Shown here piece by piece: positions 1 through 10,321 of a stretch of 64,000 nt of DNA (positions within the stretch are counted from its first letter, which is position 1; every line of letters begins with the position of its first letter). Position numbers and translations under genes: made by a program. The stretch is from Candidatus Poribacteria bacterium (GTDB lineage Bacteria > Poribacteria > WGA-4E > PCPOR2b). The notes beneath the pieces are model-generated. The model did not search any database. It worked only from the letters and a program-made list of their open reading frames with translations, and had not been told where the DNA came from. The stretch spans positions 4,768,001 through 4,832,000 of the forward strand of contig OZ244042.1 in assembly GCA_965215015.1 (NCBI GenBank), written 5' to 3'.

Positions 1-1051
1 TGTAGTCGCGTTTCTGTTCCTAACAATGAGCGGCAACCACGTTGATGTCAATGTCCATCCAGCCAAGATTGAGGTGCGCTTCCAGAATGAGCGCACCCTT
101 TATAGTGGAGTGGTACGCCTGCTGCATAGCGGCATTTATAAAAACAAATACATCCCCAAAATGGAATCGCAAGATAGAAAAACAAAGTCGGGACAAGATT
201 CCACCCCTGAAGGCATAGACACCCCCACAAACCTCCCGCCTCAACAACCGCGGATCGAGGTGGAGACCTCAGTTACACGTTCCTCCATCTTCCCTGTGGC
301 ACGTCGTGAACTTACACAACCGGACTCAACCCTTGATGCTACTACGCTACCACAACCTGAAGAACCACAACCTGAAGAACCTGATCCACAGCAGGAAACG
401 CTTCAAGTCGAATCGGTGCAGCTGCCACAACACCCAATCCCCGAAGGGACGGAACTCCAACTTTTCGACTTTGAAGGTGTCCATCTAAAAACCAATCTGT
501 TTAATACCTACATCGTTGCGGAAGGCGCAGATCGGGTGTTCTTGATTGATCAGCACGTGGCAGCCGAACGTGTGCTTTATGAGCGGTTTGTTGAGCAGCT
601 AAAGACAGGCGGCATTCCTGTGCAGGGGTTGTTGCTACCTATCACCATCGAAGCAACGTCCCAACAGCTAACAACACTCGATGCCCACAGCGAACTATTT
701 GAAAAACTCGGTTTCGATGTGGAGCGATTCGGTGGGAGGACCATCCTTGTCCGATCTATCCCCGCAACGCTCCCCACACGGTTCGTCAACGTGACGGTCA
801 CAGACCTGCTAGATGGAATCGGAAGTGCCGTAGCTCCGACCGCAGAGCATCTCGAAGTTCAAGACAAGGCACTCATCACGCTCGCCTGCAAGTCCGCTGT
901 GAAAGCCGGGGATGTGCTGACAATGGAGGAGATGGTTAACCTGATTCGAGACCTCTCTCGTGCAAAGTTGCCGTTCAACTGCCCACATGCCCGCCCGATC
1001 ATTGTGGAGATGCAGCGAAGTGAGTTAGAGAGTCGGTTTAAGCGGCGATGA
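1..1051 (+). CDS. mutL: DNA mismatch repair protein MutL, C-terminal part (5' end outside window)
   Basis: VDVNVHPAKIEVRF motif; C-terminal endonuclease motifs DQHVAAERVLYE, ACK and CPHARP. Confidence 0.95.
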   Translation, partial: VVAFLFLTMSGNHVDVNVHPAKIEVRFQNERTLYSGVVRLLHSGIYKNKYIPKMESQDRKTKSGQDSTPEGIDTPTNLPPQQPRIEVETSVTRSSIFPVARRELTQPDSTLDATTLPQPEEPQPEEPDPQQETLQVESVQLPQHPIPEGTELQLFDFEGVHLKTNLFNTYIVAEGADRVFLIDQHVAAERVLYERFVEQLKTGGIPVQGLLLPITIEATSQQLTTLDAHSELFEKLGFDVERFGGRTILVRSIPATLPTRFVNVTVTDLLDGIGSAVAPTAEHLEVQDKALITLACKSAVKAGDVLTMEEMVNLIRDLSRAKLPFNCPHARPIIVEMQRSELESRFKRR

Positions 1052-1169
1052 TTGGAGAGGGTGCAGATGGTCCTATGTGATATTTTGGACATGAATTGTC
1101 GTGAGGAGAATTGAAAAATGATTATAAACACCTTCAAAGATTTACTTACGTTAGTGGAGGCAAAATTCG

Positions 1170-2168
1170 ATGTCAAGGCACTATAGGGTTGGCATCATCG
1201 GATGCGGAAGAATAGCGGCGGCACACGCCCATGCGTATGCAGCAATCGAGTCTACCGAGCTCGTCGTAGCCGCAGAACCAGATCCGGAACGCCGGCTAAA
1301 ATTTGACGAGACTTACGGTGTCACGGGCTTTTACGAAAATTATCGTGAGATGCTTGCAGATGAGGAATTGGATATTATCAGCATCTGCACATGGCCCCCA
1401 CTTCATTCCGAAATGACGGTTGCTGCCGCTGAAAGTGGTGTAAAGGCAATACTTTGCGAAAAACCGATGGCACTTAATCTAGGGGAAGCGGATAAGATGT
1501 TGGAAGCCTGCGAAGAGACTGGAACAAAGCTGGTCATCGGACATCAACACCGCTTTGACCCACAAACGGTGAACGTATTAGAACTCATCAAGGGCAATGC
1601 TATCGGTGAATTGCAATCAATCTTCGGTTACTGCAACAGCAAAGACTTGCTCACCAACGGCACCCATGTCGTTGACCTCATCCGTTATTTTGTCGGCGAT
1701 TCTTCAGTCAGGTGGGTTATGGGACAAATCGATCGTCCGTCAGATAAGGTTGACTTTGGCCATCGCGTTGAACATAACGCTATTGGGCATTGGCACTTTG
1801 AAAACGGCACCCATGCAATGCTCGCGCAGGGCGAACTTGCCCCAAGTGGTTATGCCTTCCAGCTTTGCGGCACCGCCGGAATCATCAGCGTCAATGCGCC
1901 CCAAGGTCGTCCCCTACAGGTCATCACTAAAAATGGCGAACTGGACGTTCTCCTTGAAGAGGTCAACCCCAAACACGCGGAGGTGGAAGAACTAATTGCT
2001 TGGTTGGAAGGAGGGGCACCCCACCGATCGCGTGGAGAAAGCGGTAGAGGAACGATGGAAGTCCTCATGGCAATCATCGAGTCGTCGCGCTTACACCGCG
2101 CCATCTACCTACCCCTCGAAACGGCAGAGTCGCCGCTCGAACTGATGATCGAGGCGGAGCAAATCTGA
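1170..2168 (+). CDS. Gfo/Idh/MocA family oxidoreductase
   Basis: GIIGCGRIA Rossmann motif, CEKP motif, GTH..D. Confidence 0.9.
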   Translation: MSRHYRVGIIGCGRIAAAHAHAYAAIESTELVVAAEPDPERRLKFDETYGVTGFYENYREMLADEELDIISICTWPPLHSEMTVAAAESGVKAILCEKPMALNLGEADKMLEACEETGTKLVIGHQHRFDPQTVNVLELIKGNAIGELQSIFGYCNSKDLLTNGTHVVDLIRYFVGDSSVRWVMGQIDRPSDKVDFGHRVEHNAIGHWHFENGTHAMLAQGELAPSGYAFQLCGTAGIISVNAPQGRPLQVITKNGELDVLLEEVNPKHAEVEELIAWLEGGAPHRSRGESGRGTMEVLMAIIESSRLHRAIYLPLETAESPLELMIEAEQI

Positions 2169-2212
2169 AACGCATAATGCAAAACAACACACAGTGTAAT
2201 TGGAGTAAGTCC

Positions 2213-2977
2213 ATGCTCACACCTGAACAGATTCAATTTTACAAAGACAACGGCTACCTACTTGCCGAACAGGTCTTCACACCCGAAGAGGTCGAGGAAT
2301 GTGTCCGTGAAACCGACGCAATGTTTGACCGTGTCCAGCAGGGTGGACGTCAACTCGAAGCTACCTGGGGCGGCAAGTGGCGGGAAACCCAAATTCCCGA
2401 AGAAGAACTTGGGCAAACATCGGTACTCAGCATCCATAATATGCAATACCATTCCGCAGTTTTCACCAGAATGCTAGTCAATCCGAAGTTAGCTGGAATT
2501 GTCGCCGATTTGATTGGTCCCAATGTGCAGCTGCACCACACAAAACTACACGTCAAGCCGCCCGAAAAAGGCTCCCCTTTTCCGATGCACCAAGACTATC
2601 ACTACTTCCCCTACGAAAAGGACTCGATGATCGCTGCGGTAATCTATCTCGAGGAGGCAATGGTGGAAAGCGGCTGTTTGTGCGTGATACCCGGCGTTCA
2701 TAAACAGGGCCCCCTGCCGCATGAACCTGACGGGCTTTACCTCTCGCCACAGAAATATCCCATTGAAGACGCGACACCGTGCGAAGGGAACGCAGGCGAT
2801 GTGCTTCTCTTTAGTTACTTAACCCCACACGGCTCATATCTCAATCGGACAGATCACCCAAGACGCATTGCTCTATTCCAATTCTGTTCCGCCACCGATC
2901 GACGGCTCAAGGATGTCCACATCTCCCCCGGACACGGACTGATGGTACATGGCGTCAACCCGACCCCGGAGGCATAG
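2213..2977 (+). CDS. Phytanoyl-CoA dioxygenase (PhyH) family Fe(II)/2-OG oxygenase
   Basis: LTPEQIQFYKDNGYL start, HQD and distal H (TPHGS) iron triad; GGAG RBS before ATG 2213. Confidence 0.88.
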   Translation: MLTPEQIQFYKDNGYLLAEQVFTPEEVEECVRETDAMFDRVQQGGRQLEATWGGKWRETQIPEEELGQTSVLSIHNMQYHSAVFTRMLVNPKLAGIVADLIGPNVQLHHTKLHVKPPEKGSPFPMHQDYHYFPYEKDSMIAAVIYLEEAMVESGCLCVIPGVHKQGPLPHEPDGLYLSPQKYPIEDATPCEGNAGDVLLFSYLTPHGSYLNRTDHPRRIALFQFCSATDRRLKDVHISPGHGLMVHGVNPTPEA

Positions 2978-3116
2978 GAAAGCAGAATTTAAGAAACAGA
3001 CCCAAGTTTTCAAAGCCTGAATCAGACACTTCTATACAGTATCAAATCAGAAATAAAACCCATCCTCATTCAGAAACAAACAAAAAAAAGAGGGGACCGA
3101 CAAAGGAGAGCAATCA

Positions 3117-4289
3117 ATGGTTAGGACAGCTGATGTAGTCATCATTGGGGGAGGGGCCATCGGGACAAGCCTTCTGTATCATCTGACCGCTAAAGGGATA
3201 CGAAACGTGGTACTCCTAGAGAAGGGATTGCTCTGTGCCGGCTCCACAGGCGATTCAGCGGCAATTGTGCGCCAGCACTACTCCAACGAAGTCAGTATCC
3301 GTCTCGTTAAGAAGAGCGTCGAAATCTTCCAGCACTTTCCCGAAATGTTTGATGGGGCGCGGGTCTTTCACAACGTCGGTTGGTATTTCTTGGTCCCGCC
3401 GGAGGCTGCCAATCTTTTTCATGACAACATGACACAGCTGAAGCGGTTGGGGGTGCGGACTTGGGAGGTTTCATTGGAAGACGCCGCAGAGGCACTACCG
3501 GGCTTAAACATGGACGGCATCGGCTGTGTGGCTTTCGAGCCAGACTCCGGCTATGCAGATCCCCACGGTATGGCAAGTGCCTTCGCCGCCAAAGCCAAAA
3601 GCAATGGTGCACAAGTCTACCTCCAGACGCCCGCCCGCGACATCAAGCTGAGCAATGGCAGCGTTTCCGTTGTAGTCACGGATCAGGGTGAGATTAGCAC
3701 GCCTGTTGTTGTCAATGCCGCCGGACCCTGGGCGAAATCGGTGGGAAATTGGATAGGATTAGACCTGCCTCTGGAAATCACGCGAGAATCAGAAGTCGTC
3801 GCCCGAATACCCGCGGATATGCCCCCCATGCGACACGCGGTTTCCAACATGGTAGACCGCACCTACTGGCGTCCTGAACGGCGCGGAATGCTCCTCGTCG
3901 GCGTTGGTCACCCCAAGGACAACGAACTGACGGATCCCAATCAATATTCACGCGATGTTTCTCGCGATTTCGTCGAAGACGTTGCCCACCGTCTGAGCCA
4001 CCGGATGCCAGTAATGGAACGGGCGATGTTCGTCAAGGGGTGGAGCGGTCTGTACACCGTTACCCCCGACTGGAACATGATCTTGGACAAAAGCCCCGAT
4101 ATTGAAGGCCTCTACCTTGCTGTAGGCGGGAGCGGGCACTCCTTTAAGATCTCGCCAGCCATTGGGCTATGTATGGCGGAACTCATTGCAGACGGTGCCG
4201 CCAGTACGGTGGATATCACGTCGTTGCGGGGCGCGCGTTTCACAGAGCGAACACATTTGTCCTCCACCTACGGCGGCAACCGCGCTTAG
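3117..4289 (+). CDS. FAD-dependent oxidoreductase, DAO/sarcosine oxidase beta-like
   Basis: DVVIIGGGAIG, VNAAGPW, GGSGHSFKISPAIG motifs. Confidence 0.88.
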   Translation: MVRTADVVIIGGGAIGTSLLYHLTAKGIRNVVLLEKGLLCAGSTGDSAAIVRQHYSNEVSIRLVKKSVEIFQHFPEMFDGARVFHNVGWYFLVPPEAANLFHDNMTQLKRLGVRTWEVSLEDAAEALPGLNMDGIGCVAFEPDSGYADPHGMASAFAAKAKSNGAQVYLQTPARDIKLSNGSVSVVVTDQGEISTPVVVNAAGPWAKSVGNWIGLDLPLEITRESEVVARIPADMPPMRHAVSNMVDRTYWRPERRGMLLVGVGHPKDNELTDPNQYSRDVSRDFVEDVAHRLSHRMPVMERAMFVKGWSGLYTVTPDWNMILDKSPDIEGLYLAVGGSGHSFKISPAIGLCMAELIADGAASTVDITSLRGARFTERTHLSSTYGGNRA

Positions 4290-4348
4290 CCTTGCGCTCC
4301 AGTTTTGAACCCCAAAAGGTCACACTCAAGAGACTTCATTAACCTAAC

Positions 4349-5950
4349 ATGCACATAAAACGCTATCAAAGCTGGATTCTCGCCGGTATATCTGGCATCC
4401 TACTCATCCTTAGCTTTCCAAGTTTCAACCTCTTTCCGCTTGGATGGATCAGTCTAATTCCGCTGCTGATTGCCCTGCAATCAACATCAAGTTGGAAGGC
4501 CGCCTTTCTGCACGGTTACGTCACTGGGGCAATCTTCTTCCTGGGACTAATCTACTGGATCATCCTACTCTATCCCTTCGCAAACATATTCTTGACCACA
4601 TTCGCCTGTCTGCTGCTGGCAGGCTATCTCGCAGTGTACGTCGGTATTTTTTCTGCGTTGTTATATGGATTCCCGTGGAAATCCGGTCTACCTTTTATCT
4701 TCATCGTGCCTACAATATGGATAGGGTTAGAATGGGTGCGAAGCTGGTTTTTGACAGGCTTTCCGTGGGGCAGCATGGGATATACACAATGGAATAACCT
4801 ACCAGCGATCCAAATCGCATCAATCACAGGTGTACACGGTGTGAGTTTCATCGTTTGCCTCCTCAACGCAACAATCGCAAATATCCTCCGACCCTATCTC
4901 ACATCAAAAGACCAATTAAACGACCAAACAACATCGGTTGAAATGAGTGAGAAAAAATCTGTTTCACGTTTCACGTTTCACGTTTCAGATCTCATACCTA
5001 TTGTAATCGTCATTGCCTGCCTCGCCTACGGCGCATACGTGCTGTCCAAACCCGCTGACACCACCTCAGATGTCAAGATTGCCCTTGCCCCCGGCAACGT
5101 GCCGCAGATTGAAAAGTGGGATCGTGCGTATTGGCCCCAAATCTTCGAGAGATACATGAATCTAGTGAAAGCAGCAGACGCCGAAGAACCCGACCTTATC
5201 ATTCTACCTGAGACCGCGATGCGTGGTGAAATCTTCGCCTTGGCAGAGAACGTCTACCTCCTAAAATTGCGGCAGATACTAAACGAGCAGCAAATACACT
5301 TGCTCACAGGCACCTTCCATACACTCGAATCGAAAGTATATAATAGTGTGTTTCTGCTATCCCCGCCCGGGAAAAAAATTGGCAGCTATTCCAAGATCCA
5401 CCTGGTCCCCTTTGGGGAATATGTCCCGATAACCCGCCACCTCCCCAACTTTATCCAACTGCCCTCCGGATTTGAGCCGGGCAAGTCGATCGATCTCTTC
5501 CCGATTCCCCATACAGAAAATAGCCAAATGGGAATCGTCATCTGCTTTGAATCCGTGTTTCCGGATCTCTTCCGCAAATTTGTCAAAAAAGGAGCGTCCG
5601 TGATGGGGATTCTCACCAACGATGCTTGGTTTGACGGAACAGCAGCCCCGGAACAGCATTTGGCCATGGCACCCCTCCGCGCTGTCGAAAACCGTGTAGC
5701 CGTTTTCCGTTGCGCCAACGGAGGTATATCGTGTATAATTGATGCGCTTGGTAGGACAATCACGACACCGATTCAGGCAAGTGATACACAGAACTTCCTG
5801 ATTGGGAGGGTTCCATTGAAAAATCACGGGGGAACCATTTACACACGCTATGGTGACTGGCTTCCAATCCTATGTTTCCTTGTGAGTCTCCTCCTAATTC
5901 TCTATTATCATCGAACCTGGTTTGTTTCCAAGCTCAGGCGAGACGCGTAA
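4349..5950 (+). CDS. lnt: Apolipoprotein N-acyltransferase
   Basis: Multi-TM N-terminus, GFPW, PETA, KIHLVPFGEY, ICFE nitrilase triad, TNDAWF, RAVEN. Confidence 0.95.
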   Translation: MHIKRYQSWILAGISGILLILSFPSFNLFPLGWISLIPLLIALQSTSSWKAAFLHGYVTGAIFFLGLIYWIILLYPFANIFLTTFACLLLAGYLAVYVGIFSALLYGFPWKSGLPFIFIVPTIWIGLEWVRSWFLTGFPWGSMGYTQWNNLPAIQIASITGVHGVSFIVCLLNATIANILRPYLTSKDQLNDQTTSVEMSEKKSVSRFTFHVSDLIPIVIVIACLAYGAYVLSKPADTTSDVKIALAPGNVPQIEKWDRAYWPQIFERYMNLVKAADAEEPDLIILPETAMRGEIFALAENVYLLKLRQILNEQQIHLLTGTFHTLESKVYNSVFLLSPPGKKIGSYSKIHLVPFGEYVPITRHLPNFIQLPSGFEPGKSIDLFPIPHTENSQMGIVICFESVFPDLFRKFVKKGASVMGILTNDAWFDGTAAPEQHLAMAPLRAVENRVAVFRCANGGISCIIDALGRTITTPIQASDTQNFLIGRVPLKNHGGTIYTRYGDWLPILCFLVSLLLILYYHRTWFVSKLRRDA

Positions 5951-6051
5951 TTACCAGCAGATAGGCACTGAAGGCAGAGCACCCAAAATCAGGGGGGTCA
6001 AAATGGAATGCCAGATAATATCTCTATTCAAGACCGGAAAGGAAATAGACA

Positions 6052-7159
6052 ATGCTCGCAGATTTAAAATCTGAAGTTGAAGGAACGACGGATCGACTCC
6101 TTGAACTTAGGGGGCATCTTTGACTTAATAAATAAAGAAAAAGAACTCGAAACCCTTCAAGAAGAAACAACAAAGGTAGATTTCTGGAACGATCCCCAAA
6201 ACGCCCAAAAAATCACGCAGCGGGTCTCGAACCTGCGAAACGATGTAGAGCAATATCGCAAACTCCACGCCCAACTTGAAGACCTTCAACTACTGCTTGG
6301 ACTCGCCATCGAGGAAGATGATCAGACCGTAAGCGAAGAGATTGAAGCAGACTTGAAAGGGATCGCAGCGGCGGTTGAGGAGATTGAATTTAAGCTCATG
6401 CTCAGCGGCGAACACGATCTGAACAATGCAATCCTGAGCATTCACCCCGGTGCCGGGGGCACCGAATCTCAGGACTGGGCAGCCATGCTGATGCGGATGC
6501 ATCTCCGCTGGTGTGAAGCACATAACTACAAAACTGAAACCATCGAATTCTTGCCCGGCGAAGAAGCAGGCATCAAGAGCGCGACAATTTTAGTCACAGG
6601 CGAGTATGCCTACGGCTATCTTCGTGCAGAAGCGGGCATCCATCGGCTCGTTCGTCTCTCCCCCTTCGATTTTAATAATCGCCGTCACACCTCTTTTGCA
6701 GCTGTCGCTGTCTCCCCTGAAATTAGTGACACCATTGATGTTGAGATGGATCCGGCGGATTTGCGTGTCGAAACCTACAGAGCAGGCGGTGCCGGTGGGC
6801 AGCATGTCAATCGCACCGATTCAGCGGTCCGAATGACCCATCTACCCACCGGAATTGTCGCGCAGTGCCAAAATGAAAGGTCGCAACACAAGAACAGGGA
6901 CATGGCGATGAAGGTTTTGCGGTCCCGGGTCTATGAGTATTATCAAGCACAACGGGATGAGGAGATCTCAAAGCTGCAAGGCGATAGACTCGGTATTGAT
7001 TTCGGAAGCCAGATCCGCTCCTATGTGTTTCACCCTTATCGTCTCGTGAAGGATTTGCGAACGGGAGTTGAAACTGGAAACATTGACGCCGTTATGGATG
7101 GGGAACTAGATCAGTTTATCGAAAGCTACCTAAAAGAGGCAAAGTCCGAAAAGAGATGA
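6052..7159 (+). CDS. prfB: Peptide chain release factor 2 (programmed +1 frameshift at 6118-6124)
   Basis: ATG 6052 reads MLADLKSEVEGTTDRLLELRGHL then CTT TGA C with AGGGGG just upstream; +1 frame continues DLINKE... with SPF and GGQ motifs. Confidence 0.96.
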
Positions 7160-7191
7160 GGGAAACACACTGCACAAAAGCTAGTTTTTTA

Positions 7192-7220
7192 TTGCCGAAA
7201 GCCCCTATACATGCTATACT
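7192..7220 (+). promoter_or_regulatory. Putative sigma70 promoter for lysS
   Basis: TTGCCG-17 bp-TATACT with TG extension, 35 bp upstream of lysS. Confidence 0.55.
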
Positions 7221-7255
7221 AGCACTATGGCAAATTCTGTAAAAGGAACGTACAA

Positions 7256-8734
7256 TTGGAAGATTCAAGGGCATTGATGGATCAACGCCGGGAAAAGTTG
7301 GAAGAAATTCGTCAGCTCGGTGTGGACCCATACGCTTACAAATATTCACCGACCCATACGACTCAGGAAATCCGCGAACAATTTGTGGAGGTTGGAGATC
7401 ACCCAGACGAGGCGAAATCGGTTCGCGTTGCCGGGCGGCTTATGACCAAGCGCGACCACGGCAAAAGTGGATTTGCCCACCTGCAAGATGCGAGTGGGCG
7501 CCTCCAGATCTATGTTCGTCAAAATGCCGTTGGAGAAGAAGCCTATCAAATCTATAGAAAGCTTGATGTTGGAGACGTTATCGGCGTTGACGGTCCTGTT
7601 TTCCGTACCCGAACCGGCGAAATTACGGTGTTAGTGAACGAGGTTGAGCTCCTCGCAAAATCCCTTCGCCCCCCTCCAGAAAAATGGCACGGCTTGCAAA
7701 ATAAGGAGACACGGTATCGCCAACGGTACGCAGATTTGATGATGAACCCCGAAGTCATGCAGGTTTTCATCAACCGCACCCGGATGATCCAAGCCGTCCG
7801 CGAATACCTCAATCAAGACGGTTTTATTGAAGTAGAAACACCAATTCTTCAACCAATTTACGGGGGAGCAACAGCGCGCCCCTTCACCACGCATCACAAC
7901 GCTTTGGATATGCCGCTCTACCTCCGCATCGCAAATGAATTGTATCTCAAACGGCTCATCGTTGGCGGGTTTGATCGGGTCTATGAGTTTTCGAGGGATT
8001 TTCGGAATGAAGGGATAGATCACGACCATAGTCCCGAATTTACGATGATTGAGCTTTATCAAGCATACGCGGACTATGAAGATATGATGTGTTTGACCGA
8101 AAATCTACTTGCACACACTGCCCAAACGGTCCTCGGTACAACACAGATCACCTATAAAGGTGATTCCATCTCACTTAAGCCGCCCTGGCGTAGATTGACG
8201 ATGATTGAATCGATAAAGGAAGAAGCTGGTATTGATGTTAATAAATTGACCGCCGAAGAACTACGCAATGCAGTATTAGACACTGGGGTTGATTTAGAAC
8301 GCGCAGCATCCAGAGGCAAACTTATCGCTGAACTCTTCGAGGCACATGTCGAACCAAATCTCGTTCAACCGACATTTATTTACGATTATCCTATCGAGAT
8401 TTCACCGTTTGCAAAAAAGAAACGGGGGAGCGACCGCTTCGTTGAACGGTTCGAGTTCTTTATCGCTCGCATGGAGATGGGCAACGCCTTCAGTGAGTTA
8501 AACGATCCGATAGATCAGCGCGAACGATTTATTGAGGGTGCGAAGAAACAGGAAGACGGCGACGAAGATGCCTTAATGATAGATGAGGACTATCTGCGGG
8601 CGTTAGAGTACGGTATGCCGCCGACGGGTGGACTTGGTTTCGGGATTGATCGGCTCGCCATGTTACTCACAGACCAAACCTCAATCCGCGATGTCATCTT
8701 ATTTCCGCAGATGCGTCCGGAACGAGCAGACTGA
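7256..8734 (+). CDS. lysS: Lysine--tRNA ligase (class II)
   Basis: OB anticodon domain, PEKWHGL, RYRQRY, FRNEG, YGMPPTGGLGFGIDRL. Confidence 0.97.
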   Translation: MEDSRALMDQRREKLEEIRQLGVDPYAYKYSPTHTTQEIREQFVEVGDHPDEAKSVRVAGRLMTKRDHGKSGFAHLQDASGRLQIYVRQNAVGEEAYQIYRKLDVGDVIGVDGPVFRTRTGEITVLVNEVELLAKSLRPPPEKWHGLQNKETRYRQRYADLMMNPEVMQVFINRTRMIQAVREYLNQDGFIEVETPILQPIYGGATARPFTTHHNALDMPLYLRIANELYLKRLIVGGFDRVYEFSRDFRNEGIDHDHSPEFTMIELYQAYADYEDMMCLTENLLAHTAQTVLGTTQITYKGDSISLKPPWRRLTMIESIKEEAGIDVNKLTAEELRNAVLDTGVDLERAASRGKLIAELFEAHVEPNLVQPTFIYDYPIEISPFAKKKRGSDRFVERFEFFIARMEMGNAFSELNDPIDQRERFIEGAKKQEDGDEDALMIDEDYLRALEYGMPPTGGLGFGIDRLAMLLTDQTSIRDVILFPQMRPERAD

Positions 8735-8854
8735 CACGTAACAGGTAAAATCTTCTGATAGAAATGGCGTGGTTGCTTCGGACTTCCCACCTCAGATACC
8801 AAGAGAGATAGAAGATATGGACCAAAAACCTAAAAAAATAGAGGTTCCGTCTCC

Positions 8855-10321
8855 TTGAAATATGAATGGTTTATTGCAGCCCGTTATCTGAAATCACGGC
8901 GCAAACAGGCATTTATCTCAATCATCAGTATTATTTCCGTGAGTGGGGTTGCCCTTGGCATCGCTGCCGTTATTATCGTCGTCTCCGCGTTAGAGGGTTT
9001 TAGTCATGAGATGAAAGAGAAGTTCCTCGCCAATGAAGCCCATGTCATCGTTAGATCGATATATAACTATTTTTCAAATTATCAGGAAAGGATTGAGCAG
9101 ATCGAAGCAATTGAAGGGGTCGTTGCCGCCTCTCCCGTGATTCTCAATCAACTTGCCATTCAACCCCAGGGCAGCGAGGAAATTGACGCGGGCATTTACG
9201 TCAAAGGGATTGATTTGCAAGCAGAAGATCGCGTCACAGGATTTTCAAATTTTGTGGCTGATTTTGACACATTCAATCAATCGCAGTTCATTGATGAAGC
9301 GCGAAACCGTTTGGCTGGCAAGGAGACAATCACCGGCGGTATTGTTTTAGGTTATCATATCGCAAGACGGATCGGCGTCGTGCCAGGCGACGTTCTTCGC
9401 CTTATCTCCAAGATGGTGCCAAATCCCGCTAATCCTGGGTCTTTTATGCCGTTAATGCGTAATTTTGTTGTTGTTGGGCTTTACCAGTCAGGGATTTACA
9501 TACACGACCAAGCACTCGGTTTTATCGATTTACAAACTGCCCAGAAGCTCTACCAAAAACCGGGTCAGATCAACCTCATTGAGGTGCGCCTCGTTCATGC
9601 AGATATGGCACCGCGGGTCAGTAATCAAATCAAACAAGTGATTCGTTTTAATCCAGGTCTGGGCGCGATACCGATAACAACAACTTGGATGGAATCGCGG
9701 GCGGAGTTTTTTGAAGCCATCCAGCTTGAGAAAATCGTCACAATGATTGTCGTCGCGCTAATCATTCTTGTGGCGGTGTTCAATATCGCAAGCACACTCA
9801 TCATGATGGTTATGGAAAAAACGCAGGACATCGGCATTCTCAGAGCAATGGGAGCGTCGAAGCAAGGAATCAGAAAAATCTTTATTCTCCAAGGTGGGAT
9901 TATCGGTATCTTGGGGGCTATTTTGGGGACCGTGCTCGGTGTGTATGTCTGTTGGCGATTTGAGTTCCAAGTCGGCAGTTTTCCACGTTGGTACGGTCTT
10001 CTGATTCTGTTGATTCCCGTTGCCCTACAAGTGTCCCGGCGCATATTGTCCCTGCCTATTAACGCAACGGTGCTGCTTCTACTCTGGTGTGGCACCGTCG
10101 GTCTGTCCCTCTATTTTATCGCGCAACCGATTTACCTCGATAACATCCTCGGAAAAAATTTGAGCGGCGTCTATCAGCTGAACCGATTGCCGGTCAAAAT
10201 TAGTTGGGGCTTTGTTGTCCTTATGAACCTCCTGTCAATGGCGACCTGCTGGCTTGCGGCACTGTATCCGGCAAGGAAGGCTTCCTATCTAAACCCAGTC
10301 GAGGCACTTCGACATGAATAA
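8855..10321 (+). CDS. lolE: Lipoprotein-releasing ABC transporter permease LolC/E family
   Basis: IAARYLKSRRK..FISII, EKTQDIGILRAMGA, LYPARKAS.LNPVEALRHE; upstream of lolD. Confidence 0.88.
   Translation: MKYEWFIAARYLKSRRKQAFISIISIISVSGVALGIAAVIIVVSALEGFSHEMKEKFLANEAHVIVRSIYNYFSNYQERIEQIEAIEGVVAASPVILNQLAIQPQGSEEIDAGIYVKGIDLQAEDRVTGFSNFVADFDTFNQSQFIDEARNRLAGKETITGGIVLGYHIARRIGVVPGDVLRLISKMVPNPANPGSFMPLMRNFVVVGLYQSGIYIHDQALGFIDLQTAQKLYQKPGQINLIEVRLVHADMAPRVSNQIKQVIRFNPGLGAIPITTTWMESRAEFFEAIQLEKIVTMIVVALIILVAVFNIASTLIMMVMEKTQDIGILRAMGASKQGIRKIFILQGGIIGILGAILGTVLGVYVCWRFEFQVGSFPRWYGLLILLIPVALQVSRRILSLPINATVLLLLWCGTVGLSLYFIAQPIYLDNILGKNLSGVYQLNRLPVKISWGFVVLMNLLSMATCWLAALYPARKASYLNPVEALRHE

Noticed and set aside
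350-392. 15-bp tandem repeat in mutL (PQPEE x2)
   Set aside because: In-frame repeat in the variable MutL linker; ordinary.
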